A DNA stretch of 64,000 nt from a virus (lineage: Duplodnaviria; Caudoviricetes): positions 96,001-160,000 of IMG/VR virus record IMGVR_UViG_3300009031_000221; one strand, written 5' to 3'. This document shows positions 10,183-18,122 of the stretch, piece after piece (position 1 is the stretch's first letter; the number at the start of each line of letters is the position of its first letter). The position numbers and the translations under genes are program-made. The notes beneath the pieces are model-generated. The model worked only from the letters and a program-made list of their open reading frames with translations. It had not been told where the DNA came from and ran no database searches.

Positions 10183-10500
10183 TCACATACCAGGAGGAAT
10201 CCCCTGGCCCGGCACCAACCGAATGGTGCCATCAGGATTGACATGCCAAGGCTGGCCATCGGGAATCCCCAACCGCTTTCCGGCCTCCATCAGAATGGCC
10301 TGAGCCTGTTCTTCCAATGCGGACATACTGCTCAAGAGCCGTGCCTTCCGAATCTCCAGATTTCCAATCTCCATCGTGACTTGCGAACCACGCTGCCGCA
10401 AAGTGTTGATGGCCTGAACTTCTTGAGGAGTCAATGATTCGGCAGCCGAATCAAGTTCTTCATTTACTTCCGGAGGGGTATCCAAATTCGTATCTTCCAT
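10183..10500 (-). CDS. Hypothetical coiled-coil protein
   Basis: Operon-packed ORF with a heptad-like central region. Confidence 0.65.
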   Translation of the reverse strand: MEDTNLDTPPEVNEELDSAAESLTPQEVQAINTLRQRGSQVTMEIGNLEIRKARLLSSMSALEEQAQAILMEAGKRLGIPDGQPWHVNPDGTIRLVPGQGIPPGM

Positions 10501-10508
10501 GTGTAGAC

Positions 10509-10706
10509 CTATTTTGCATAGAGTTTGATCAACGCCATTCCTTGTTGCCTAATTTGCACAAGGAACTGACCTAGCATTGTACCCTTGCGACTTTGCAAAA
10601 CGAGTCTTTTCGGCAATGAAATAGTACTTGGATGCTGAGTAAATGACCAATAGGTCGTGCCCTCATCATCAACATATTCGTAAACTCTAATGATTGGTCT
10701 TGTCAT
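10509..10706 (-). CDS. Hypothetical protein (start corrected to MTRPII)
   Basis: ATGA overlap with the stop of the upstream gene at 10703-10706. Confidence 0.55.
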   Translation of the reverse strand: MTRPIIRVYEYVDDEGTTYWSFTQHPSTISLPKRLVLQSRKGTMLGQFLVQIRQQGMALIKLYAK

Positions 10707-11239
10707 TGTGCCCACTCCGGTTTGGATTCCACGGAAGCTTTCAAAGGCCCGCGTAAAAGGGCATCCCGGTTGTGTACCAGGTATTGCCATTCCCGATGAT
10801 CCTTCTCCTCAGATGTCCCTGCATCCGGAGGGCGCTTCATCCAGTTCCGCTCCTCCGCAACTTGATCCAGGGTCTCTAGACGCCGAAGGATAACGATCTT
10901 CCGTATAGCTGCGACTTCCTTTACGGCATCATTCACCTGGGCCTGTTGCTCCTTTACATGGGCTGCCTGCTTGACAATGATATTTCGATCAGCATTTAAG
11001 GCTTGTTCAACTTCTACACGAGTTGTAGCGGTGACATCCTTGGGAATCAAAGGCACCTCCGGTTCTGTGACCGGAACTACCACCTCTCCGTAAATGGTCT
11101 TGTTTGATCCATCTACAGGCACTAGCCCCAAAGAGATCTCCGTAAATGCTTCCCGCTGTACTCTAGTTTCACTCGCGGGCTTGCCACACGCTAAACTGAT
11201 AAGAAGGATTGCAAGAAGTAATTCACTTCGATGCGCCAT
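10703..11239 (-). CDS. Predicted lipoprotein (start corrected to MAHRSE)
   Basis: Signal peptide with lipobox LLLAILLISLA-C, followed by a coiled coil. Confidence 0.6.
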   Translation of the reverse strand: MAHRSELLLAILLISLACGKPASETRVQREAFTEISLGLVPVDGSNKTIYGEVVVPVTEPEVPLIPKDVTATTRVEVEQALNADRNIIVKQAAHVKEQQAQVNDAVKEVAAIRKIVILRRLETLDQVAEERNWMKRPPDAGTSEEKDHREWQYLVHNRDALLRGPLKASVESKPEWAQ

Positions 11240-11483
11240 TGAGAAGCCTCCTGATTTCGCTGAGGTTGTCATTGGTAGCATTGAGAGTTGCCTCAAGCTT
11301 CGCCGTTGCCAAACCATTTGTATTGATGACATCCTTGAGGGCTAATGCATCCTTCACGTCTGTCTTAAGGCGCGAAATCTCCGTAGCTTGAACGGCTACC
11401 TGGGTTTGCATATTTGCACCCCAAATAACTAGAGGGATCACCATCACCGATAGAATCTTCCAACCCCACTCCAAGTACTTCAT
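11223..11483 (-). CDS. Small membrane protein, holin/XhlA-like topology
   Basis: One N-terminal hydrophobic helix (WKILSVMVIPLVIWG) followed by a coiled coil; first gene after a late-type promoter. Confidence 0.5.
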   Translation of the reverse strand: MKYLEWGWKILSVMVIPLVIWGANMQTQVAVQATEISRLKTDVKDALALKDVINTNGLATAKLEATLNATNDNLSEIRRLLNGASK

Positions 11484-11524
11484 CCTATACCTCGCACAAG
11501 CGATCCGCTCTGTGAGAGAGTGGG

Positions 11525-11539
11525 TATAAGGAACCTACC
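11525..11539 (-). promoter_or_regulatory. Putative late promoter GGTAG-gttc-CTTATA
   Basis: Matches the recurring intergenic motif and points into the 11483 operon. Confidence 0.55.
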
Positions 11540-11577
11540 CGATGAAAATAGGGGTACAGTTTCCCCGGAGGTCACAT

Positions 11578-12570
11578 ATGCTACCAGCCCGCCTGAAGAA
11601 GTTCGCCAACAAACCAATCAAAGTCCTGGATGACGGGCATGTTCAACTCATTTCCGTAATGGATGATGAACAAGGCATTATCGATGCGGCTCGAGTTAGC
11701 TACGGGGCGGGAACCAAACGAGCGATGGAAGACCGGGCACTTCTCCGATATTTACTCCGTCACGGGCATACGTCGCCATTTGAGATGATCGAAATCAAGT
11801 TCCGCGTCCGCGTCCCTATGGATTGTTGGCGACAATGGATTCGGCATCGGACTGCCAATGTGAATGAATATTCCACCCGATATTCAGAAGCGATCGATTC
11901 CACGTCTACCACGGAACCCTATGCTTGGCGCCTTCAGGCCAAGGACAACAAGCAAGGGTCAGCGGGGTTCATGGACACCTGGGTAGACGGGTTTGCCCGC
12001 CCCCCGACTGAAGCCGAAACGGGAGGCATCGATTTCCCCTTCGGTGGTTGGGTTGGCCAGGATTTCTACATCAGCCCTGGTAGCTACCTGAGCGAACGGG
12101 AAGCCGAACTTCACCGGATGGCACGAGAAGTCTACGATGAACGATTGAAGTTCGGCATCGCCCGCGAACAGGCACGCAAAGACCTCCCATTGTCAACCTA
12201 CACAGAGGCATATTGGAAATGCGATTTACATAATCTCCTCCACTTCCTGAAGCTTCGGCTTGACCCACACGCACAGCTAGAAATTCGGGTATACGCGGAA
12301 GCTATGGCTACTATCGTCAAGGCCTGGGTTCCTACTGTATGGGAGGCCTTCGAGGATTACTCCCTCAATGCAATGCAATTCTCCCGAATGGAATTGGAAG
12401 GGTTGGCGTGGATTCTCAGGGACAGCATTGCGGGATTTGACCCCCATTGTGTCCCATCCGATAAAGCGGTAGAATCCATGTTGACTGGCGCTATAAAATC
12501 ATCCGGTATCCCCAAAGGTCGGGAACAAACCGAATTCAAGGACAAGCTAATCAAGATCCTCAGGAAATAA
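11578..12570 (+). CDS. thyX: FAD-dependent thymidylate synthase
   Basis: ThyX signature RHRTANVNEYSTRY, plus AARVSY, HTSPFEM, REQARKDLP and HAQLEIR. GGAGG RBS before ATG 11578. Confidence 0.96.
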   Translation: MLPARLKKFANKPIKVLDDGHVQLISVMDDEQGIIDAARVSYGAGTKRAMEDRALLRYLLRHGHTSPFEMIEIKFRVRVPMDCWRQWIRHRTANVNEYSTRYSEAIDSTSTTEPYAWRLQAKDNKQGSAGFMDTWVDGFARPPTEAETGGIDFPFGGWVGQDFYISPGSYLSEREAELHRMAREVYDERLKFGIAREQARKDLPLSTYTEAYWKCDLHNLLHFLKLRLDPHAQLEIRVYAEAMATIVKAWVPTVWEAFEDYSLNAMQFSRMELEGLAWILRDSIAGFDPHCVPSDKAVESMLTGAIKSSGIPKGREQTEFKDKLIKILRK

Positions 12571-12572
12571 TT

Positions 12573-12908
12573 ATGGAAATCGAACTCTACTACTATCGAA
12601 ACAATTCAGGTATGGTCGCGGTATCCGCCGACGAAGGGGACACTATCATCGTCCCTACAGGGAATGTTTTACCCCCTTCAGCAGCCTGGGAGGAAGTTCA
12701 GGAGGATTTGCGATCGGAATTGAATGCCGTGCAAGAAGCCTCCGTGAAACGATTCATAGAAAACTATGATGATTCCCCAGTGGCGGGTGTCGTTCGGAAA
12801 TTCGCCCGCAATCGTGCTATTCAAGAACGGCTCGATGGGATTGAACATGAACGGGTCTACCGCAAGTTGCCCGCAGATGTTCTTGTTGTCGTCGCAGAAT
12901 TCGACTAG
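12573..12908 (+). CDS. Hypothetical protein
   Basis: Starts 2 nt after the thyX stop; typical composition. Confidence 0.65.
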   Translation: MEIELYYYRNNSGMVAVSADEGDTIIVPTGNVLPPSAAWEEVQEDLRSELNAVQEASVKRFIENYDDSPVAGVVRKFARNRAIQERLDGIEHERVYRKLPADVLVVVAEFD

Positions 12909-12916
12909 GAGTTTCC

Positions 12917-13138
12917 GTGGAAAACGTAAATCTGAAAGATCTGATGGGAGACGTGCCCTATCACACAGTTTCCCGCTTTGAACGGGAAGTGGAAGTGTAC
13001 AAGCAAAACCAGTATCCGAAATCCGAAGTAATACTCCACAACGAACATGTTCTCATTGAACGGATTGACATGGGTCCAAGCCACGTGTGGTCCGTCATGA
13101 ACATGAAGGGCTTGGATAAGCTTCGTTTGGGAAATTGA
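12917..13138 (+). CDS. Hypothetical protein
   Basis: AGGAG RBS with GTG start; operon-packed. Confidence 0.6.
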   Translation: MENVNLKDLMGDVPYHTVSRFEREVEVYKQNQYPKSEVILHNEHVLIERIDMGPSHVWSVMNMKGLDKLRLGN

Positions 13139-13313
13139 CGGGCGGGCTAGCTATCATCGGGGCTTGCCACCAGGGCGTACCCCTCAACCGTCCCCACTCA
13201 CGCTACCGTCATCGCGAGCCCAATCCAGGGCCTGGGAGTGTTGTTTCCAGGTGACTAGCCTGATTCATCGTCGGGGTACCACCCCCAGACTAGGCGGTGT
13301 CACCCGCCGCCTC
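13137..13313 (-). ncRNA. Structured ncRNA candidate, 6S RNA-like (~175 nt)
   Basis: Intergenic, directly downstream of a class-1 promoter. The 5' and 3' ends pair (GGCGG/CCGUC, CGGGU/GCCCG) and GUACCCC/GGGGUAC is a perfect long-range helix. The segments resemble the conserved 6S central-domain flanks as I recall them. Confidence 0.45.
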
Positions 13314-13317
13314 TCTA

Positions 13318-13343
13318 TCTACGCACTTGACAGGAGAAGTAAG
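13318..13343 (-). promoter_or_regulatory. Class-1 promoter motif CTTACTT-N12-GCGTAGA
   Basis: One of five copies with identical 12-nt spacing; points into the ncRNA candidate. Confidence 0.65.
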
Positions 13344-13345
13344 TC

Positions 13346-13921
13346 ATGCCTGTTCGTGTTATTGGCCCCAAGGATGCCACCACCGAAGATGAACTGGTCA
13401 TCAACACCACGTCCAGATCAAAGAACTGGTCGCAAGGTTTGAGCCCCTTCTTCCTCGGGCCTATCCCTCTATATGTTGGTGCCGTCGTACCTACCGCTAC
13501 CAATATGGAGAACGCTTGGCAATATGCCAAGGTCTATCCAGAGCAACTTACATGGGAAGGATTGCCAACAGAATCCTACTTCGCCTGGGCCAAAGCTGGA
13601 TGGTCAGACCCTCGAGCACAACGGTATCCGAAAGGCAAAGGCCGTGTCCCTGCATTCACATGGTGGGCGGGTGAAAAGTTGGATTACGTCACGGCACGGA
13701 AACGAATCTACTTCCCCCTGTACGCCCACGCCGTCGCATCTACGCCTGCATTTGCTCAACTGCGGGCGCTCTACCGACAAACCGGTCAAGTGACCCTGTG
13801 GGACTTCGACGGGTATGATCATACGGCATTAGGGATGACCATGAAGGATGTCCTGAATGAACCCAAACGAAAGATGGGTCATGCCTTTGTAATCGCACAC
13901 CTGTTGGAGTCGTTGAAATGA
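13346..13921 (+). CDS. NADAR-like (DUF6939-like) protein
   Basis: LSPFFLGP...MENAWQYAKVY...RYPKGKG...LDYVTARKRIYFPLY...LWDFD pattern, recalled as a NADAR-related family (needs an HMM check). Translationally coupled to the ADP-ribosylglycohydrolase gene. Confidence 0.5.
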   Translation: MPVRVIGPKDATTEDELVINTTSRSKNWSQGLSPFFLGPIPLYVGAVVPTATNMENAWQYAKVYPEQLTWEGLPTESYFAWAKAGWSDPRAQRYPKGKGRVPAFTWWAGEKLDYVTARKRIYFPLYAHAVASTPAFAQLRALYRQTGQVTLWDFDGYDHTALGMTMKDVLNEPKRKMGHAFVIAHLLESLK

Positions 13922-14880
13922 CTTATACCATTGATCAGAAATCGCGCCGCTGGGGAGCATTGTTTGGACAAGCCATTGGAGATTCTTTAGGAATCCGGGA
14001 TGAATTCCTGCACCCATCTGTCATCGCGAAGGCAGGCCGGGATCGCCTTCAATATGTACCGTCATCTCGAAATGGAGATTCGGAATTCCAAGCCGGAGAA
14101 TGGTCAGATGACACCGAGCAAGCATTGTGCCTATTGCAAAGTTACGTCGATGACCGTGAAATAGTCCCCACCACTGTTGCCAAACACCTATTGGACTGGC
14201 TAGAACGAGATGGTCGTGGATGTGGGTCGCACACCCTGATGATGCTGAATGACCCCGTGTTTTCCCTAAATCCCATTGCTTGTTCCCAGGACGCTTGGGA
14301 GAGATCAGGGCAACACTCCGCAGCTAATGGTGCGGTCATGCGTGTTAGTGTCATCGGCACCCTGCGACCAAATGACTTGGATTGGACTGAAAAAGCCGCT
14401 GCCACATCAGCCCGGATCACGCACTACGATCCTCGTTGTGTTGCATCATCCGTCGCAGTAGCTATTGCTATCGCAATGTTGATTCAAGGGCATACCATTC
14501 AAGATGCGATCAAAGAAGCAGGGATTCGGGCATCTGCCATTCACCCCGAATCTATCAAATACATGAATATGTCATTAGAAGAAATGAATTTGTCTGAAGG
14601 GTTGATCCCTGGTAAATGGAACATGAAGTCCAAGATTGGCTATACCTACAAGACCTTGGGTGCGGGTTTCTGGGCATTGCGTAATCTAACGGAAACCAAG
14701 GATTTCGGCAAAAGCCTTGACCCCATTCTTGCCGCCGGCGGCGATGTGGATACCAATGCGGCGGTTGCTGGCGCACTACTTGGGGCGGCATTAGGGTTGA
14801 CTCAGATGCCTCCATACCTCATCCAGGGTATCCGGGAGCATGATAAACTCATGACATTGGCAAAACAGGCTTGGGCATGA
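13918..14880 (+). CDS. ADP-ribosylglycohydrolase (DraG/ARH family)
   Basis: Motifs GQAIGDSLG, GEWSDDTEQ, SAANGAVMR, THYDP and GGDVDTNAAVAGALLGA. Confidence 0.92.
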   Translation: MTYTIDQKSRRWGALFGQAIGDSLGIRDEFLHPSVIAKAGRDRLQYVPSSRNGDSEFQAGEWSDDTEQALCLLQSYVDDREIVPTTVAKHLLDWLERDGRGCGSHTLMMLNDPVFSLNPIACSQDAWERSGQHSAANGAVMRVSVIGTLRPNDLDWTEKAAATSARITHYDPRCVASSVAVAIAIAMLIQGHTIQDAIKEAGIRASAIHPESIKYMNMSLEEMNLSEGLIPGKWNMKSKIGYTYKTLGAGFWALRNLTETKDFGKSLDPILAAGGDVDTNAAVAGALLGAALGLTQMPPYLIQGIREHDKLMTLAKQAWA

Positions 14881-15281
14881 ATCGGCGATACCGCAAACCT
14901 CGGGATCCTAACAAACCCCCGGATCTTCGAGTTTGGTGGGTGTACGTTATACAGTCCCTTGAAACCCGATTCGGAAAACGTGGGAATCAACTACCAGGAT
15001 TCCACTATGTCGGGTGCACTACAGAACCTTCACGCCGCATTCGAATGCACAACGGGGAGATTGCAGGCGGAGGGCGCTATACCTCCATGCATCAACCCTG
15101 GGTGCCCCGGGCGCTATTCGGACCCTACACCGGGCAATCGGAAGCATTGAAGGCTGAGCGGGCATTGAAGCACGGCAAACGGGGAACTGACCGAGTCCAG
15201 TGGAAGCCGGAAGATTCCCCCTGGTGCCGTGGGGAAGGCCCGAATCATCCGTGGGTTTTAGACCCTACGTGGAAAGCCTAG
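14877..15281 (+). CDS. GIY-YIG nuclease, SLX1/UPF0213-like
   Basis: WVYVIQS...HYVGCTTEPSRRIRMHNGEIAGGGRYT...PW...EALKAE; ATGA overlap with the ARH stop. Confidence 0.85.
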   Translation: MNRRYRKPRDPNKPPDLRVWWVYVIQSLETRFGKRGNQLPGFHYVGCTTEPSRRIRMHNGEIAGGGRYTSMHQPWVPRALFGPYTGQSEALKAERALKHGKRGTDRVQWKPEDSPWCRGEGPNHPWVLDPTWKA

Positions 15282-17077
15282 TCCTTCGGGACTTCCTGAA
15301 ACACCCGTGCGGCTGCTTGCTTCTTGGCTTCCTTCTTATTCGCCACGGGCATAGAAGTCAACCACTGGCGCTTCCCCTGAATTTGAACCGTGCATGTGCA
15401 TGAGAACAATGGCGCATGTTCAGGCCCGCCCTCACGAGAAAACGTGTACTCCGGCAAAGGGATGGACATCTTCTGGGTGTACTCCTGCAACATGACTACC
15501 GGATCCCCCTTAGGGACGGATGGTTGCAACCCTACATCCACGGGCAAATCCTCTTCATACTCCGCGAACCACGGAATTGGGGATGCTACGTTCGCAATAC
15601 GAGACAAAAGGACAACGACAGCCTTCTGCCGAACTTCCTTGATTGCATTTGCCTGAACCCATCCCCCTTTGACTTCCACCCCACCCTTCAACGTGACCTT
15701 CGCCTGGGTAGAAAATACGGGGGCATGATCCGGCCCTGACCGGTGGGTCTTGTAGGTCACTTCAGACCACCCTGCCAAATTCATTGCCACGGATGCAATA
15801 CTGGTTGCCTTGTACAGGTTGTTGGCCACATTATGGACAATTGCCTCCTGAACCCACCGCCATGCCAGGGAATCATGAGGCGTTTCCAACAACAAGTAGT
15901 ACATGTCCAACAATGTTAACCGATCATCACGGATCCGTTCCCGCAATGATTGTCCCAACTTGTCGGACAACTGATTGGATCGAACACTTGTCTTGATGAC
16001 GCGCTCGAATTGAATGGGGCTCAGCTTGTTCAGGTTGCCGGAATCCAAAGCTTGCGTTGCTTCCTTGACTGCACGTTCCTTGAAGAAGTCCGTGGTATCT
16101 TCTTTGTCCGCAGCAATCTTGGCATTGATGTGTTCGGCAATCGCGACAATATCTTCCCGTGTGTGCGGCAATTTATCGCCCTTGAAGAATGCTTTGATTT
16201 GGCGTTGATTCACCAAGTCCGCATATCGACGAATAGGCGAAGTGGCATGCATGTAGGCAGGAAGATTGAGCCCGTAATGCCCTTCCAAAGTTGCCCCATA
16301 CTCTGCCTGCCGCATCGTCATACCCAGGCGCTGACGCAATGCGTCGATTCCGGCGTCAGGGTACTTGAGTGCCATTTCCAGTTGCGACAGCACCTCCATA
16401 CGAGGTGGGGCATGTGCCTTTACCGTATGGTTGCGAAACAGGATAGGGATCTCATAATGAGAGCATAGCCGTGCCAACTCCGCATTGGCGAGAACCATCA
16501 ATTCCTGAACGATGACATATCCAATAGTTTCCTGGATATCCGGCAGATGCCGAAGTTGCCCTTCCTCAGTCGTCACCCAACCATTGGTTAGGTCATAAAG
16601 AGCAAGCGCACCCGCTGACCGCCGGCGTGCCATCAACCCATCAGCCAACCGTGCCATGTTGGATAACCCCACATGGAGGTCATGTCCCGGGCTATTCAGA
16701 ATGCCCGGGACATCGCCAAAGGACAGCCTAGCTGCACTGCTAAATGGTTCAAACGTGACAATGGGAAAAGTGACAGGTTCCAAGTTTCCGTTCAGTACGG
16801 TGCGGATGACCATTCCTTGCCGAGGCTGACCCTCGTGCAAGGATAGCAATTCATCGGACAACTTCCTGGGAAGCATGGGAGCGTTGCCGGATGCAAAGTA
16901 CCTGGTAGCAATCCGATTGGACGCCATATCGTCAAGGAAACTGCCCTTAGGGACGTCGTTCGTGACGTTGGCTATGACTATGGTAACCGCCCATCCAACG
17001 CCATTGCGTTCGACCCAGATAGCGTCATCGAGGTCTTGCGAATGTGCTGCGTCAATGGTGATTGCATGTATAGTCAT
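15278..17077 (-). CDS. RNase II/R (RNB) exoribonuclease with two C-terminal dsRBDs
   Basis: Catalytic TIDAAHSQDLDDA, HYGL and YMHATSPIRRYADL. C-terminal SGPDHAPVFS...KEVRQKA and DPVVMLQEY...GGPEHAPLFS...KKEAKKQAA are dsRBD motifs. Confidence 0.88.
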   Translation of the reverse strand: MTIHAITIDAAHSQDLDDAIWVERNGVGWAVTIVIANVTNDVPKGSFLDDMASNRIATRYFASGNAPMLPRKLSDELLSLHEGQPRQGMVIRTVLNGNLEPVTFPIVTFEPFSSAARLSFGDVPGILNSPGHDLHVGLSNMARLADGLMARRRSAGALALYDLTNGWVTTEEGQLRHLPDIQETIGYVIVQELMVLANAELARLCSHYEIPILFRNHTVKAHAPPRMEVLSQLEMALKYPDAGIDALRQRLGMTMRQAEYGATLEGHYGLNLPAYMHATSPIRRYADLVNQRQIKAFFKGDKLPHTREDIVAIAEHINAKIAADKEDTTDFFKERAVKEATQALDSGNLNKLSPIQFERVIKTSVRSNQLSDKLGQSLRERIRDDRLTLLDMYYLLLETPHDSLAWRWVQEAIVHNVANNLYKATSIASVAMNLAGWSEVTYKTHRSGPDHAPVFSTQAKVTLKGGVEVKGGWVQANAIKEVRQKAVVVLLSRIANVASPIPWFAEYEEDLPVDVGLQPSVPKGDPVVMLQEYTQKMSIPLPEYTFSREGGPEHAPLFSCTCTVQIQGKRQWLTSMPVANKKEAKKQAAARVFQEVPKD

Positions 17078-17089
17078 ATCCCGGCACTC

Positions 17090-17449
17090 CTAGATGAACT
17101 GGTGCCAGATATACCCAATTCCGACGAGTGCCAGCGATGCCAAGATGCTCGCCAGGATTGCGCCGCAGGAATCGCCCATCTGCTCCAGGAAGGTACGAGT
17201 CTCCTTCTCCTCCCCCTTGACGAGCTTCTTGATCTTCTCAAGCCCGAAGAAAATGCCCATGAGGAACGGACCACTGGCCAGGATGAGCCCGATCCCCTGC
17301 ATCGGGGAAATCGCAGGGACGGCGGGGAATGCCGTGATGACGAACCAGCACCACATCTTCGCCAACGCCCAGCCGTTGACCACGGACGACAGCACGCCAA
17401 AGGCCATAGTGAAAACAAACGCCGCCAAACCAACGAAAAACTTGTTCAT
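17090..17449 (-). CDS. Membrane protein
   Basis: Three to four hydrophobic segments; AGGAG RBS. Confidence 0.7.
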   Translation of the reverse strand: MNKFFVGLAAFVFTMAFGVLSSVVNGWALAKMWCWFVITAFPAVPAISPMQGIGLILASGPFLMGIFFGLEKIKKLVKGEEKETRTFLEQMGDSCGAILASILASLALVGIGYIWHQFI

Positions 17450-17724
17450 GTATCGCTCCTTGCTTTGTAAGCAGCGTACGCTGCCGTTGCCTCAGGGCTG
17501 AGGGACTGTTCAATGTAGTCACATAGAGCGTCCCGCAACCCTCTCTCACACGGATGCATCTGGATAACGGTGGTCACCCCACCCGCAACCATCACCCCGT
17601 CATCGCCTTTGCGAATGTCTTGCACAATCTCCGCAATCTCAACCGGGTCTTCAAGCTGCGTCACATCCGAGAAGATGTTGATCAATGACTCCAGGATAGG
17701 TCCTTTGTATGCTTGAAGTCTCAT
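17446..17724 (-). CDS. Hypothetical protein
   Basis: GAGGA RBS; first gene after a class-1 promoter. Confidence 0.7.
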   Translation of the reverse strand: MRLQAYKGPILESLINIFSDVTQLEDPVEIAEIVQDIRKGDDGVMVAGGVTTVIQMHPCERGLRDALCDYIEQSLSPEATAAYAAYKARSDT

Positions 17725-17758
17725 CGTATCCTCGTTTCACCCGTCAGGGTTCGTGCTG

Positions 17759-17784
17759 TCTACGCCTACCTTGCGGAAAGTAAG
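17759..17784 (-). promoter_or_regulatory. Class-1 promoter motif CTTACTT-N12-GCGTAGA
   Basis: Upstream of the 17724-17449-RNB operon. Confidence 0.65.
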
Positions 17785-17797
17785 TCACACAAAAGCA

Positions 17798-17831
17798 CAA
17801 CACCCCCGGTTGGGCCCAACCGGGGGTGTTG
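17798..17831. terminator. Perfect 34-bp palindrome; intrinsic terminator
   Basis: caacacccccggttgggcccaaccgggggtgttg, followed by tgcttttg on the minus strand. Confidence 0.7.
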
Positions 17832-17866
17832 CATTCACCTTTTTTATATACTCATTAGGTATTAAA

Positions 17867-17935
17867 TCAACAACCCCCGTTAGGGGTTAGGGCCGGGGGT
17901 GCCCGGGCAGACCTCTTTCGCCGTCTATTTTTCAT
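17867..17935 (-). CDS. Micro-ORF MKNRRRKRSARAPPALTPNGGC (RAPP-motif peptide, copy 2)
   Basis: AGAGGT RBS 6 nt upstream. All differences from copy 1 across RRKRSARAPP are synonymous. Confidence 0.65.
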   Translation of the reverse strand: MKNRRRKRSARAPPALTPNGGC

Positions 17936-17995
17936 ACTTATACCTCTATGATTTATGCGTGATTTAGGCTTACATCAACAACTCCCGTTAGGGAG

Positions 17996-18046
17996 TCACG
18001 TCGGCGGCGCTCTGGCAGACCTTTTACGTCGTGTGCGGCTTCTCAT
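17996..18046 (-). CDS. Micro-ORF MRSRTRRKRSARAPPT (RAPP-motif peptide, copy 1; alternative start 18058)
   Basis: First ORF after a class-1 promoter; paralog of 17867-17935. Confidence 0.6.
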   Translation of the reverse strand: MRSRTRRKRSARAPPT

Positions 18047-18095
18047 GATGGTGTCCATTCATCGGGGAAGTTAGGGTGCCCCGGTTCACATACCA

Positions 18096-18121
18096 TCTAC
18101 GCCGATGTCTGGGAAAGTAAG
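18096..18121 (-). promoter_or_regulatory. Class-1 promoter motif CTTACTT-N12-GCGTAGA
   Basis: Upstream of the RAPP micro-ORFs. Confidence 0.65.
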
Positions 18122-18122
18122 T

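Noticed and set aside
17975-17998. Selenocysteine or readthrough at the in-frame TGA in RAPP copy 1
   Set aside because: The hairpin overlaps the UGA itself rather than lying at the usual bacterial SECIS offset. It is also present in copy 2, which has CTA, and no Sec machinery is in view.
17860-18050. Tandem repeats as a mini-CRISPR array or repeat-mimic anti-CRISPR RNA
   Set aside because: There are only two diverged copies of ~60 nt with no spacer structure, and the differences follow a synonymous-codon pattern, which points to peptides.
17879-18075. TTAGGG telomere-like hexamers
   Set aside because: There are only a few scattered copies, explained by the conserved CCC-TAAC hairpin on the minus strand.
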